A stretch of 63,724 nt of DNA, the filler included, from Choristocarpus tenellus KU-1152 (Eukaryota > Protista > Phaeophyceae), in assembly GCA_964200185.2 (NCBI GenBank). It is 12 parts of 12 records of this genome, joined end to end, with 100 filler letters (N's around TTAATTAATTAA, not from the genome) between each part and the next. Parts side by side here need not be neighbours in the genome. Positions count along the whole stretch, not along the records: positions 9,701 to 12,306 come from CAXNAD020026334.1; positions 12,407 to 23,782 come from CAXNAD020002359.1; positions 23,883 to 26,929 come from CAXNAD020022713.1; 9 more parts are not named here. The stretch is one strand, 5' to 3'. Within the stretch, counting starts at the first letter, position 1, and each line of letters begins with the position of its first letter. Below, one piece after another: positions 12,180-23,923 of the stretch. Made by a program: the position numbers and the translations under genes. The notes below the pieces were generated by a model. The model had not been told where the DNA came from and did no database searches. It saw nothing but the letters and a program-made list of their open reading frames with translations.

Positions 12180-12306
12180 CACCCAAAGTATCTTAGAGGG
12201 TAGAGCCGCGTCCATTTGGGGTCCAAAATCCAATGTTGCGATTTTGATGTAATCTTGGCTATCATGCTTGTTAGGTAGTGTCAACATCCTTGTTCCGGAC
12301 ACACCT
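12180..12306 (+). mobile_element. MITE family A, truncated at contig end
   Basis: CCCAAAGTATCTTAGAGGGTAGAGCCGCGTCCATTTGGGG...CCTTGTTCCGGACACACCT. Confidence 0.85.
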
Positions 12307-12409
12307 NNNNNNNNNNNNNNNNNNNNNNNNNNNNNNNNNNNNNNNNNNNNTTAATTAATTAANNNNNNNNNNNNNNNNNNNNNNNNNNNNNNNNNNNNNN
12401 NNNNNNCAA

Positions 12410-12451
12410 ATAATAATAATAATCCAGAATTCGTGAGCAACACAAATAATC

Positions 12452-12486
<35 letters not shown>

Positions 12487-12525
12487 CATCATCATCATCA
12501 TCATCACCCAGAATTCGTGAGCAAA
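12410..12525. repeat. (AAT)n/(CAT)n microsatellite flanked by the direct repeat CCAGAATTCGTGAGCAA
   Basis: Directly visible in the sequence. Confidence 0.8.
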
Positions 12526-12654
12526 ACAGACATTTTACTTACCACCTATCATATACCTAATAATTCCTAGTAAGAGATATCCCGGCATATCCGGTATTGA
12601 ACATTGAGCACCTTCGTACTGTGGATTGGGACAAATGATATCGGAAGAGAGGGC

Positions 12655-14823
12655 ATGGGAAATGATACATCTACACAGCAAGGGGAAAACGGAAGGAAAC
12701 TTAAGGATGAAAGGGAGGATTCTCCCATCCCTGTACGTCTCCGAGAATTATCAACAAACACTTTTCATGACACCTATCGGCTCCACGGCAGGATTGGTAA
12801 ATAAAACATTCCCTCAAAATATATCCAGGGCACTGTATGAGTGTCTCCCCCTCCACTTAGTTTCGCTTGTACCTTGTATGGTATGCTATGTCATCTCTCA
12901 TTATCACATTATGTTTGGCTACTTCGACCGTTGATGTGTCAACCCTTGCTTAAACTGAACCCACTCTACTTTTCTTTGGCATCACCTTCATCTTCACAAC
13001 AGGCACAGGAAGTCATTCCCAGGTGTTCCTGGCTGTCGAACGCTCGACGGGAGTCAAGGTAGCCGTGAAGGCGATCTATACGGAACATCTGGATCGTCGG
13101 AGGCTCGACTTCTTACGAAGAGAGATCGCCATCCTCAAGGAGGTATCGTCGCACCCATTTATCGTGCGTCTCCTGGAAGTGTATGATGATCCAGAGGGGT
13201 GTTACATTGTCCAGGAACTGGCACATGGGGGTAGTTTATGGTCACATCTACACGGCCGTGCCTCCCTGTATACAGAGGAAGAAGTCAAGCCGTTGTTGTG
13301 GCGTCTGTTAGTGACTGTCAGGCACCTGCACGATCGTGGCATTGTGCACAGGGATATCAAGGTGAGACTAGAAGTTGCGTGCTGACCTTTGAGCCTCGCA
13401 AGATAAAACACACACTTAGTCGTTACCCTTTCGCGTAGCAGTAAGCTCTTCCAACTCTACACTATATCCATCAGGTTCCTTCAACGTACATACCATCTTA
13501 CTCGGCAACTTGGCTTGACTTAGACCCATTGCCTCATATTAAGGAACAATTCGCAGAGGTCGGTCGGGCAATAACCAGATCTTGCTATTTTTGTCCGACA
13601 CAGACAAAAGGAAATCCGGCTTTGGCCTTCATGAAAGATGGTAAATATCGTAATTGATATCAACCACGAATACCACCCCCTCTTCACACCTCATACATCA
13701 CTACCAGAAAATGTTGATGGTTCAGGGACTCGAACATGGAATATTCACTACATGTGGCACCATGATCACTGATCAACCAAGGGAAGTTTTACAAGTTGAT
13801 GCTTTTTTCCCTGTTTCTCTAGTTCTATTTCAACATTGAATTTCAGCTCCCCATTTCTAGGTTTCACTACTGATGGGATTGTACGGTACGGCCATGTTGA
13901 TATGTACCATTTTGACCTGTGTCTTGTTGACCTGTCAGTCACTAACCCCTTAGATAAGGATCAATATTTCAAAATGTTGTGGTGATATTTTTTGGGGCAA
14001 TGTTCTTTGATCAACTACGTAAGTGGCTCATGGGTATGCAGCAGTCAACCAGTCAGATTTGCGATGTACATCCTTCTAAAGCCAAAGTTCAGCTACAGTC
14101 ATGTCCAAATGCAACATATCCCCTGAAAGCATGCACTCCCTCTTCCGGCTGCCCTCCCTACCATAGCCAGAGAACCTCCTGGTGATGACCAAGGGTGAAG
14201 GGAGGAGTATAAAACTGGCTGACTTTGGGTTTGCTCTGCGATTAACACCAGCTTCACCAAGTGAGTCTTTAGCGACAGCTTGTAGTTCTGGTGGGGAATC
14301 AGCCTGTGGAACGCCTGAGTATGTTGCCCCAGAAGTGCTGCTGATGCAGCGCTTTGATGGGAGGGCAGATGTGTGGAGTGTAGGTGTCACAGCGTTCTGC
14401 CTGCTTGGGGGAAGTATGCCCTTTGTGGGTCTTACTCTTGATGGCCTCTTCAAGGCCATTCTCAGTGGCTCATACTCGTTCCGGGGGAGGGAGTGGTCCT
14501 CTGTGTCGGAAGAGGCCAAGGATTTTGTCGGGCATATGCTGGAGGTAGAAATGATGAAAAGGTGGACTGCAGAGCAGCTGCTTGATCACCCGTGGATGAG
14601 GGGATGTGAAGGGGGTAACATGGATTCTGATGACGATAATGATAGAGGTCTTAGAATTCCTAGGCTGAGGGAGGTTCCAAAGATTGGTGGTGCTAGGAGT
14701 TTCAAGGCGTTTGTACTGGCGTTGATCTTTGCAAATGCTCTGCTCCGAGATTATCGCAGAAGGGGAGTAGTGACTGAGACCAAGGAGGTCACAGTCAATG
14801 CAACGGCAATTCCAGCTCCTTGA
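12655..14823 (+). CDS. CAMK-group Ser/Thr protein kinase, 3 exons (12655-12796, 13003-13361, 14167-14823), about 385 aa
   Basis: The spliced frame gives IGTGSHSQV, VAVK, HRDIKPEN, DFG, CGTPEYVAPE, DVWSVG and WTAEQLLDHPW. All introns are GT-AG and phase-consistent. Confidence 0.92.
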
Positions 14824-16807
14824 TGAAAGAGCGAGGGGGGTGGCTTGGCGAGCAAGGCTATGTTGAAGTGAAGACCTTGCAAGATTTCAGAGAACATCTC
14901 ATGTTTTTCTATTCATGGCAACTTGAATGTGTTGGGGTGTGATAATGTGTGAATGATTGTTTCGAATCCAAGATAACCCTGTTTTGAGGAGTCCAAAATG
15001 CAACATGTTCAATGGAGCATGGACCCCCCCCCCCTATATATGTGTGTTTGGTGTTATAACCCCTTCCTACCTCTTGAAATGTAGGTGGGAGATAGAATAG
15101 TGTACAGGAGCTTTTGTATTATATAGATGATTTTTGCATCTACTTGCCATTGCGTGTAGAGGTGGATAGAGAACAAATTTTGATACATCTCATGTTCTTT
15201 GAAGTACTTGTTACTGCTTTGAGCCGAGCTTATTGATCTCTGCTGCTTTTGTCAAAAAGATCATGAAGTAAAATTTGGTAGATTTACCACTTTGAGTATG
15301 TGGGACAATTATGGTTCTTGGGGTATGATATCCTTGAGCACCTGTGTTGATATCAACAGTTGATTGTGTGTACCTGATTGGATAGCTGTGTATGCATTCA
15401 GGGCATCTTCATGTGTACACCAAAAGCATTGACTTTCAAAGGTAGTTCAGGAGTTAGCATATAGTACACAGGTACATAACGTTAGGAGGGATAAGCAGCA
15501 AAGAAGGCAACACATGAAGCCATGCAACTGAGTCATGGAAATCAATTGAAGCATATCCCATTGTATAAGATAACTATTTCCTGCCTCTTCAATGACAGAT
15601 TCCTGAGATCTCCATTATCAATTTGCATAAATACCTGCAGATGTGTGAAGGCACAGATGAGGTGGTGGACAAATTAGATGTTATTTCTTGTGTCCAGTAG
15701 ACTACACAATGTGTTGCTGGATCACTTTGGATAATGAACCACCCCCTTGTACAACATTGGACATGTGTTCTTTGGGGTAAGTAGGGAGGAGTCTGACAAG
15801 AAAGATCCTATATCCAAGTTAAGGTTGAAGTGAATTCCAACTACTAATTGCAAGGTCTGGTATCCATTCTTCTACATTTTTTAAGGCGTTTACCACTCAG
15901 ACTACCAAACCCTTACGATTCAAAGACAAGAACAGTTGAAAGATGATAGCAAGGGGAGGAAAGGAGCACTTGGAGTGGAAGGAGCGTTTCATAGACATGT
16001 TGTAATACTCCAGTATAATACAATGTAACACTATTTTGATGTACTGCCTACCAGAGGCACTGCACAAGTGAGGTAAAGGGCAACAAACAATGTGCCATAT
16101 GCTCACCATGATATTGATCTGAAGTACTGGGGCCCGCATATTGCTATGCTGTACTGGTGCTACAAGGGTGACAGCTCAACTTGAAGTAATGAATGAAGCA
16201 GCGTCTATTACATGCCAAGTCAGCAACGACATTATGAGCACTTGCAGAGAGAGTGTGTTTTGTAAGTGGGGGCAAGGGTGTCTCCCATCGTGGGGAGGCA
16301 GGAGGAGTACCTATGATGACCAACGAGCAAAGGCCAGGAGCACACACTGTCAAAAAAGGTGGGTTTGATGCTGCACGAGTAGCTTATACACGTCTACCAC
16401 ATTTTCTCGCTCACTCCACCCCATCATCTGGGGTCTACTGTCGTGGACATTAGCCTTATCAGTGGTGGCAAGATGGACTTCAACACTGTAAGTTCTTTCT
16501 TGGAACGGTCATCCTCACACAATCAAGCGGATTCCATCCTGGCCACAAGGAAATAAATATTGGAGTGTTGCCCGGGAGCGTGTCTCACATTCTGCAAGCG
16601 GCTCTTTGGGAGTATTTTTTACAATTGGTGATTTGGCAAGTGAGGGCAGTGGCAGGTAAAAAGCACTGTACAGTATATGCACAAAAAATAAATATATATA
16701 AATTGGCACAACATAAAACATCTGTCACAACCCCCATTGTGACCCCACCCCAACCCCATTCACACTCCTGGTCTTGCTCCACCAACCAACCTTTATCCAT
16801 TGACAGA

Positions 16808-19538
16808 CTAGCTTGCTTTGGCTCCTTCATTGTGTTGACCTTCTTCTGCTTCCCTGTTCCTATGCCGTTGTCGTGCTCCCCTTGGAAGAGGACCCCATCG
16901 TTTCTCAGGGTTGAGGACATGGAAAAAAATTCTGCCCTCCTGCGCCCCCTCCGGTGACACTGGCATCAATGACTCCATAAAACTAACATCTATGCATGGC
17001 GGACGTGCAAGTATGGCATGCCCAGCTTTGTTTTTCTTGGGAAGTGGTTGGGGGTTGTCCCTGACCCAGCAACGCAGTATATCCCACACAATACTATCTG
17101 GTGCATCTGTCTTGAGAGCAAGCGGGTCTCTGTGCATGCCAGACACCCGGAAGCCTAAGTTCCTCAGCACAGAGGCTAGTTGGTCCCGCTTAGGGCTTCG
17201 TGATAACCCTAGGGCAGCAAAAACGCCCCTTAAGTGGTAAAACAGGGGCACATCTGGGAGCTCGTGGGACACAGCCTGAAGGAGGGAGGTGAGTCGTGGA
17301 CCAGAGACTAACCTTGGACTGTTCACCAGTTGTCCCTCTGAGTCCATTGCCCGAGTCGCATGGTCCTCATTTTCTCCTTGACCTCCTTCCCCTCCATGTG
17401 CAGGTCCTTTTGTGTCAATCGTGGTCATTTCAATGGCAAGCATCACCCACTCCCTGTTGTGGATAGGACCACTCCAGATTGGTCCCCCCAGACACACAGG
17501 TCCGCCAGTCTCCAGGCAAGTTCCACCACCAAGTGGAGGTAGGCAACGTTTTTTTTCAACTGGGAGTGGAGAAGAGGTGGCCGCAGAGTCTTGGGTCTGG
17601 GTCTCGAAATACAGTGGTGCTGGTTGGGAAGGGGGGCTAGGCACTACCGGCTGGAGGAAGAAACTTGGACACCACTCAGATTGGAAGACATATGCTGCTT
17701 TCCTTCCAGCAAGGAGAGCCTCAGCAGGGGAGTCCAGGATCCTAACATAGACGCGCACATAGTGGTCAAGGGCGACACTAAGGACTGGAGCCATGCTCCT
17801 GCGGTATCGAGCCGCACTGGTGGATATTGCATGGAGAAGGATCCGCAAGCTCATCTCATGGTGGTAGCCCCCCCTAGTGGGCACACTGCCGTATCTTGTG
17901 TAGGCTGTATCAGGCTGTGTATAGAACAGCACCGCAAAACATAGGAACATGAGAACCACAGGTAGAGAGGAAGTGAGTTCGATTTTAATACTGATTAAAA
18001 CACCAACAGTATTACCACTGATTGAAACACAAAATACAATCCCCCCCCGGTTCTGAAACACCCAAGAGCAATAATGAAGACTACCTTTTGCCTCACCTCC
18101 CAATAAAACCTGTAAAACTACATAAGGAGCATGCCTCACCTGTGTACCACTTAGTACTTGCATGTCTGTTGAGGTCACCATCAACAGCCCCCCATTCTTG
18201 ATTGCCTGAACTCCAGCATCAAGGTAGCGTGCTGCAGATCCATAAGGGTCAATGTCAATAACGTCAAAGCCATTTTCATGACTCCTGTTATGGGCCCTTG
18301 CCATGTACATAACATCAAGGGCATCCCCATGCTGAACATCAAGCCTATTGCCAGCGCCTGGACACAACTCTGCAGCCCGTCTAAAAAGATCAGGTAGCCC
18401 AAACAAAAGAGTAAGCATGAGAACAAAAAGTGTGGAGATAATATGTGGACGAGAGAATGAGTCCTTATCATAGGAATTTGACCTGTGACTGGCGGCAACA
18501 TTACGGATCTAAAACATAACCCCAGCATCACATCTAGAGGGAATTATTGAGGAACTACTATCTCTCATATCAAAATACCTCACTCGCCACAATCATGTCG
18601 ACACAGTGAGTCAATATGTTTTCAGTTTTGCTCTACAATCTTCAAATTGCAGTTCAGCTGGTCTGACCTTCTTCAGTCGTCCACTCGCCTTACATTCCCA
18701 AGCCATATAAAAGAGTCTTATCTTTGCAGGTCAACATGCCACTTTACATACTTGGCTTGGATGCAATGCTACAATGAAGTCCACTCACCGAGCCATCTCG
18801 CAGGCCGTGGAGTCGTAGTCATTGGCGATCACCCTCTTGATGCCTGGTATCTCGCTCAAGTACCTGATCCAACCAACCACGGCATGAGTGAAAGACATTT
18901 CGGTGTGAGGTTGGTGACCGATCCGCCATGGCACTACTGTTGTCGTGTAAATTCGCTGCTGGGCCATCGCGTAATTCCAAACCAGAATTAAGGGATGGTT
19001 GGATATAGTGAGCGCTGAGCGCAGGACATTTGCAGCACCTCAATGCACGAACGCCACTTGCACACATGGCATCCAGAACAACGAGTCCATTGGTGTCCAC
19101 AGTATCCGTGGCGATTTCTCTCCATCCACAACCTTCATTGTCGTGTTGTTGATGCCCGAGATCACCTACTTGCCCCAGCATTTTTTCCACCCTTTCTCTA
19201 ACGAGGAGGGAGAGAATCAAAACACTCAAGTCCCTGTTGATGGAAGCCACCTTGTTATAAAACACCCCCTGGCTGCCGTTCGAGTCGTCACCAAGTGCTA
19301 GCTTCTCGATTATTGCTTCCACTCCAGAATGCGCAAACTCTCCATTTGTCACGCTTTGCAACCCCCCCCGAAGACATGATCGACGTTTCTTAACCCCAGA
19401 GTATCGAACGATCTGCCTTGCAGATAAAACCCGCATTTTACCTTCGGTATGAGTTTTCAAGCTCAGTCTAGGGTGAACATATAGTGGTAATGAGTGCTGG
19501 AAGAGTACTTGGAAAACGGTCACAAATAACAGCCACAT
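16808..19538 (-). CDS. TRM1: tRNA (guanine26-N2)-dimethyltransferase, 4 exons (19538-19039, 18863-18789, 18380-18140, 17914-16808), about 640 aa
   Basis: VFYN..NRDLS, LDAMCASGVRALRY, ANDYD, FDVIDIDPYGS, GGLLMVTSTD, HEMSLRILL, DHYVRV, GPIWSGPIH, KTDAP and NPEKRWGP. Spliced length is 1923 nt and in frame. Confidence 0.93.
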
Positions 19539-21200
19539 GGCAGCTTGGGAAATTAGAAACTAATAATATAAATATAAGAGAGAGGCCCAAAGTACTGCTG
19601 GACTAATTCCCCTTCTCAGAGGTCGTGATTTCCATTCTGCGTGTCAAGCAAGCAATATTTCACTATTGCAATTATTGTTGAAGTTATTTCTGAATCTGGT
19701 TTCTACTCCCTTGGGGTGGCGTTTTGATATCCTCCAAAAACAACCAGAAACGTCCCAGAATCAACTTTGGGTCAAAAGTGACGAGGGCGTGCACGCGTCG
19801 CTACTTCCTCCTCTACTCGCAGAACTTGTAGTACAAGTAGCGAGTAGTAGTACCTCATCTAGGTATAATTTTAATTGCCTTTTGAAACTTTCGCATCCAT
19901 CGAAATGTCTGATGAAACAACATTCATGTGCTAGCCATGAGATGGCAGAGAAGCATAGTACTACGACATGCTTTTCAAGGTTACTGGTCGAGACAAGAAG
20001 TTGTTGAAGTTCTTGGGGCTTAGTGGACCCACATCTACCACGCTGGAGGTGATATATATCTACATGTATAGATAGGTAGAATGTACTACTGATATATAAC
20101 ACCTCTGGTCTATCCGAATGGTATATCATGTCAGCTGTGTATAGAGGCAGTCTGATTGCGGAGGAGATCGATTTATATTAGCATCGATCGTACTCTCTTC
20201 ACGTAGTAGCAGTTTGTCACGTTTTCTTAATAGAGGCTGTCCATCTTGGTTCCCCTGAGTACTTTCCATTTGACCTCTATGACGTAGCTAAGGTGGACAC
20301 CACAACCAGCCTCCAAGGTGGGTCACTCGGCAGTAGTGTAGGTTAAAAAAATTCCCTTGAGTGGTAGCTAGGTCTATTGGTTAGTCACAGTTAGTAATCG
20401 GGTTGATATCATCAAACTCTCCGTTTGCAGAAAAACATTCCAAGGAACGGAGACATTATGCTTCATCCCTTGCTAGAAACTATGCAGTAGATCAGATGAT
20501 TGCAATATATTGGAAGTAGCTGTTCACTGGTGGTTTGGTTGTGCATGTCCTATATCACTCTCTTTTGTGAGGGCTGGATTAACCAGGAGGTGTCAAGGGA
20601 TGACAAAACTGATGTGGGGGCATAATGTTGTCGGGGCATGACAATGTCAGGCATATCTCAGGAGGCCTCTATTCCAAAGGATTGAAACCCGTAGAGAGAG
20701 GTGCTGATACAACATGCACTGATCGTGGAGTCGTCCACCGTGGAACCTTATTGATGACGCACTCCAAAGAATCTTTCAAATGGGTTATAGCGTCGAGGGA
20801 TATTTGTAAGACTTGAACATATACCGTTCCTGAGAATATGCGCATCAGAGGTGCTTGCCTCTTTCACTCTGACCAGGTGAAACTCAAATTACTCCTAGAA
20901 GCATACTTTTCAAGAGCCATCTATATCTCAGACTTTTCGCGAGCTATGAGGCCAAGGATGTCGTCTTTACTGGGACGATGTGCATCACCAACAGCACCTG
21001 GTCCGGAACGTGTTCATTGTTGTCGTGGGACCACACCCCAATGTGCACACCTGAAAAAAAATCCGACCACGTATGTTAGCCTTCCTTAAAATGCAAAACT
21101 GGGTAGCTGTCGTTTTTTATGGCTCTTTGTGGAGTGTTCCCGGCTGTGGGATTTCTGCACCCGTCCCATGGCAGATAAAACCATAGCGGATGCCTCAAAG

Positions 21201-21375
21201 GACTTAAAGTATCTGGGGGTGGTGGTGGCTGTCCATTTGGCGCTCATTTTTCGATGTCGCGATTTTTGGGCGATTTAGTTGCATGCGTCGGATGGATAAT
21301 CCAAGTTCACTTCTCCCGATCAGGGCCCAAATGGGTACCCTGGTGTAGATCCCCCTCCCCCAGATACTTTGAGCC
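21201..21375 (+). mobile_element. MITE family B, full-length copy with AAG TSD
   Basis: aag|GACTTAAAGTATCTGG ... CCAGATACTTTGAGCC|aag. Confidence 0.9.
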
Positions 21376-22607
21376 AAGACTCTTTGCTCTCTCTGTGATT
21401 ACCTTTATCGTACATGGGCCACACCAACGTGTCAAAGTCTACTGACAGTACCCCACGGTGAAGGGGATGGGATAGGAGGGGAGGAAGGGAGGAGAAGACC
21501 CCAACTTCAACTCGGGCTAAAGGAGGATAGAGGGCATACTACTAAATCATCTACCGTGGGTTGTACTCTGTGGATATCCGCGACTCTTACAGGTCATCCT
21601 ATCTTAGAGGGGGATCGATTTAGCCCCTTTTTGATATTTGAGACTCCTTAAACCTTTGCTTACACCCCATTCCCATGCTTGAAATTCGTGTAACGTCCCT
21701 TAGGAGGCCTGGGTTGTAGAAGAGAAAACAAAGTTTACCCAGAAAAGCACGAAATCGCCCTCCAAAGTGCTAGAGCCACATTCACGTACCAGTAGGCAGT
21801 CACATGTGTCATATTACTCAACAAAACCCCTCTCCAAGATAGTATACTTCTACATGGTAGAGAGCAAGTTGATAGTACTGGCAAAAATTTATGCAATAAA
21901 AAAAACACTCCCCTACCCTCAGTGCCAGCATTCATGCTGTTCACCAATCAGTTTCTTCCCTCGCCAGAGGTTTGAGCATATGTCAAGATTGATGTGGTAG
22001 GTGAGGTTATGGAGTGGAGGTACCCCATTGACTTAATGTGGTATAGATCCAATTCTATTTAAGATGGCGTTCCTTCACGAAAAAAAAAACTGCTGACATT
22101 GGCTTAACTCTTCTCTTGGGTGTGAGCAATGGTCTAATTGCAGCTAAGTCAAATGTTACATGCACTGGGACCTGCCCACTCTAATCTTGTATTTTCTACC
22201 ACATACTACCAATTTATTATGCAGATGGATATGTGCTTGTCAGATGAAGTTTGACTTGCTTGTTGCCATACAGGCCTACACATATGGGTATGAAACTATG
22301 TTCTATCCCAAGCGATATTTTCCCAACGAAGTACTAGCTTAAAATTTCAGTTTTCCAGTTTTGATACTCGACTTGCACTCTCATACCTTGCCATCCTCAG
22401 TCGTCTCTGACTATGTACATCGTTTGGTCTCAGTTTGTAGGATCAAGTTCTTCACCCTTCTGCCTGATTGGACACATATAAATATATGTTATATATCCTC
22501 CCAAAATGGTACTATTTCAAGCCCCATCGCTTCCTCACCTCAGTCACTCATTTTCCCCTCCACTCAACATCATGCTCAATGCTTGTACTTGGCCTGCCGT
22601 GCTTAAA

Positions 22608-22940
22608 AAGGTTGAAGATGGAACGACCATGGCAGCTGGAAAGGAGGGCAATGAGAAACTGGAGGATGAGAGAGTCAAGATGCAGCAAATAGTGGGTGAG
22701 GAGGTAAAAATGAAAGAAGGGAATGAAAAAATGGGGCAAAACCAAGAGGAAGAGGAGGAGCGGGTGGGAAGGAGGGTAGCAAGGAGGGCACTCTCAAGGC
22801 GCTGTCTGGGGAACAGTTGGAAAGTCAAAGCACGACTTGAGCTGGCAGACATCAATAGAAGGAAGCATTTTGAAGCAAATCGGGGGGCGAAGGCGGCTGA
22901 CTCAGATCAGGAAGACGGAAGGAGAGACTTCACTCTTCAG
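22608..22940 (+). CDS. Probable exon of an unknown E/K/R-rich protein
   Basis: Purine-rich open frame (MAAGKEGNEKLEDE...RRDFTLQ) ending at cag|gtacga. The 5' boundary is uncertain and no family is recognised. Confidence 0.4.
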
Positions 22941-23882
22941 GTACGACCTCAACCACGAAGACCATGGCAATATTTATTACTCGTGTTGATAGTGGCATGC
23001 AACGTTGATTGAGAATCACAAGTCTTGTGGTCTTTTTTCCTTGAGTCTGGATGTTCTATACAGAGGATGGGAAGGGTGGCAGGATTGTAGAATCAAGCCC
23101 TGGGGCCGGGAAGGAATCGATTGGTCAAGGATCTAACAGTGTCAGGGAAGTCAATAAAGAGTCTTTTCAAAATTCCAGGCCCGTGGAACTGTTGGAGTGA
23201 AGCTTGGTTATTATTGAGAAAAGTGTCATTGGATCAAACTTGGTTGCAAACACCTTTCACATGAACTGATTTTTTCCCGAAGTGAGGACAGCATGCAGGT
23301 GTAGGTCCAACTTGACAGTATTGTATGATGGAAAGGACAAGATCTACGGGGAAGGGCTTACGTACAAAGGAACACCCCACCTATTTTTTATGGTTTGACT
23401 CAGGTATATTGCTATAAGAAGGAAGCAACATTGAGGAAGCGGAAGAGATTATGTCTTATATCTGTAGTTACTTTTGTTTTAACTTACTTCGTACTAGAAT
23501 TGCAAGTCACTCGCATTTGCAACCTACCCATTTCTAGTTACACTTCTCCGACCTCAGTAACGTTCAAACCGGTGGGATGATCTCAACCTCGAACATAGCC
23601 AGTAGGATCCATTCACCCTGTAACATTCCCTACCCCTAAGTCTCGATAATACTCACACATAGGCCTGAGTCGGCACCATGATCGTACATAGCCTTCAAAA
23701 GTGACTCCCCCTCTCTTGGCATAGCCCCCCCCACCCCCTCACGGCCAGATCGTGATCCACGCCCACCCCTGGTCCATCCACTNNNNNNNNNNNNNNNNNN
23801 NNNNNNNNNNNNNNNNNNNNNNNNNNTTAATTAATTAANNNNNNNNNNNNNNNNNNNNNNNNNNNNNNNNNNNNNNNNNNNN

Positions 23883-23923
23883 CCCCTCACAAACCACCCC
23901 CCCCCCCAAGATACTTTGATCCA
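23883..23923. mobile_element. MITE family B terminus at contig start (also 27030-27063)
   Basis: C-run followed by AGATACTTTGATCC or AGATACTTTGAACC. Confidence 0.65.

Noticed and set aside
16808-18418. 536-aa ORF as a single-exon gene
   Set aside because: It includes a 225-nt intron and lacks the N-terminal TRM1 motifs found in the upstream exons.
21597-21655. TATCTTAGAGGG motif resembling a family A end
   Set aside because: Too degenerate, and no partner end was found.
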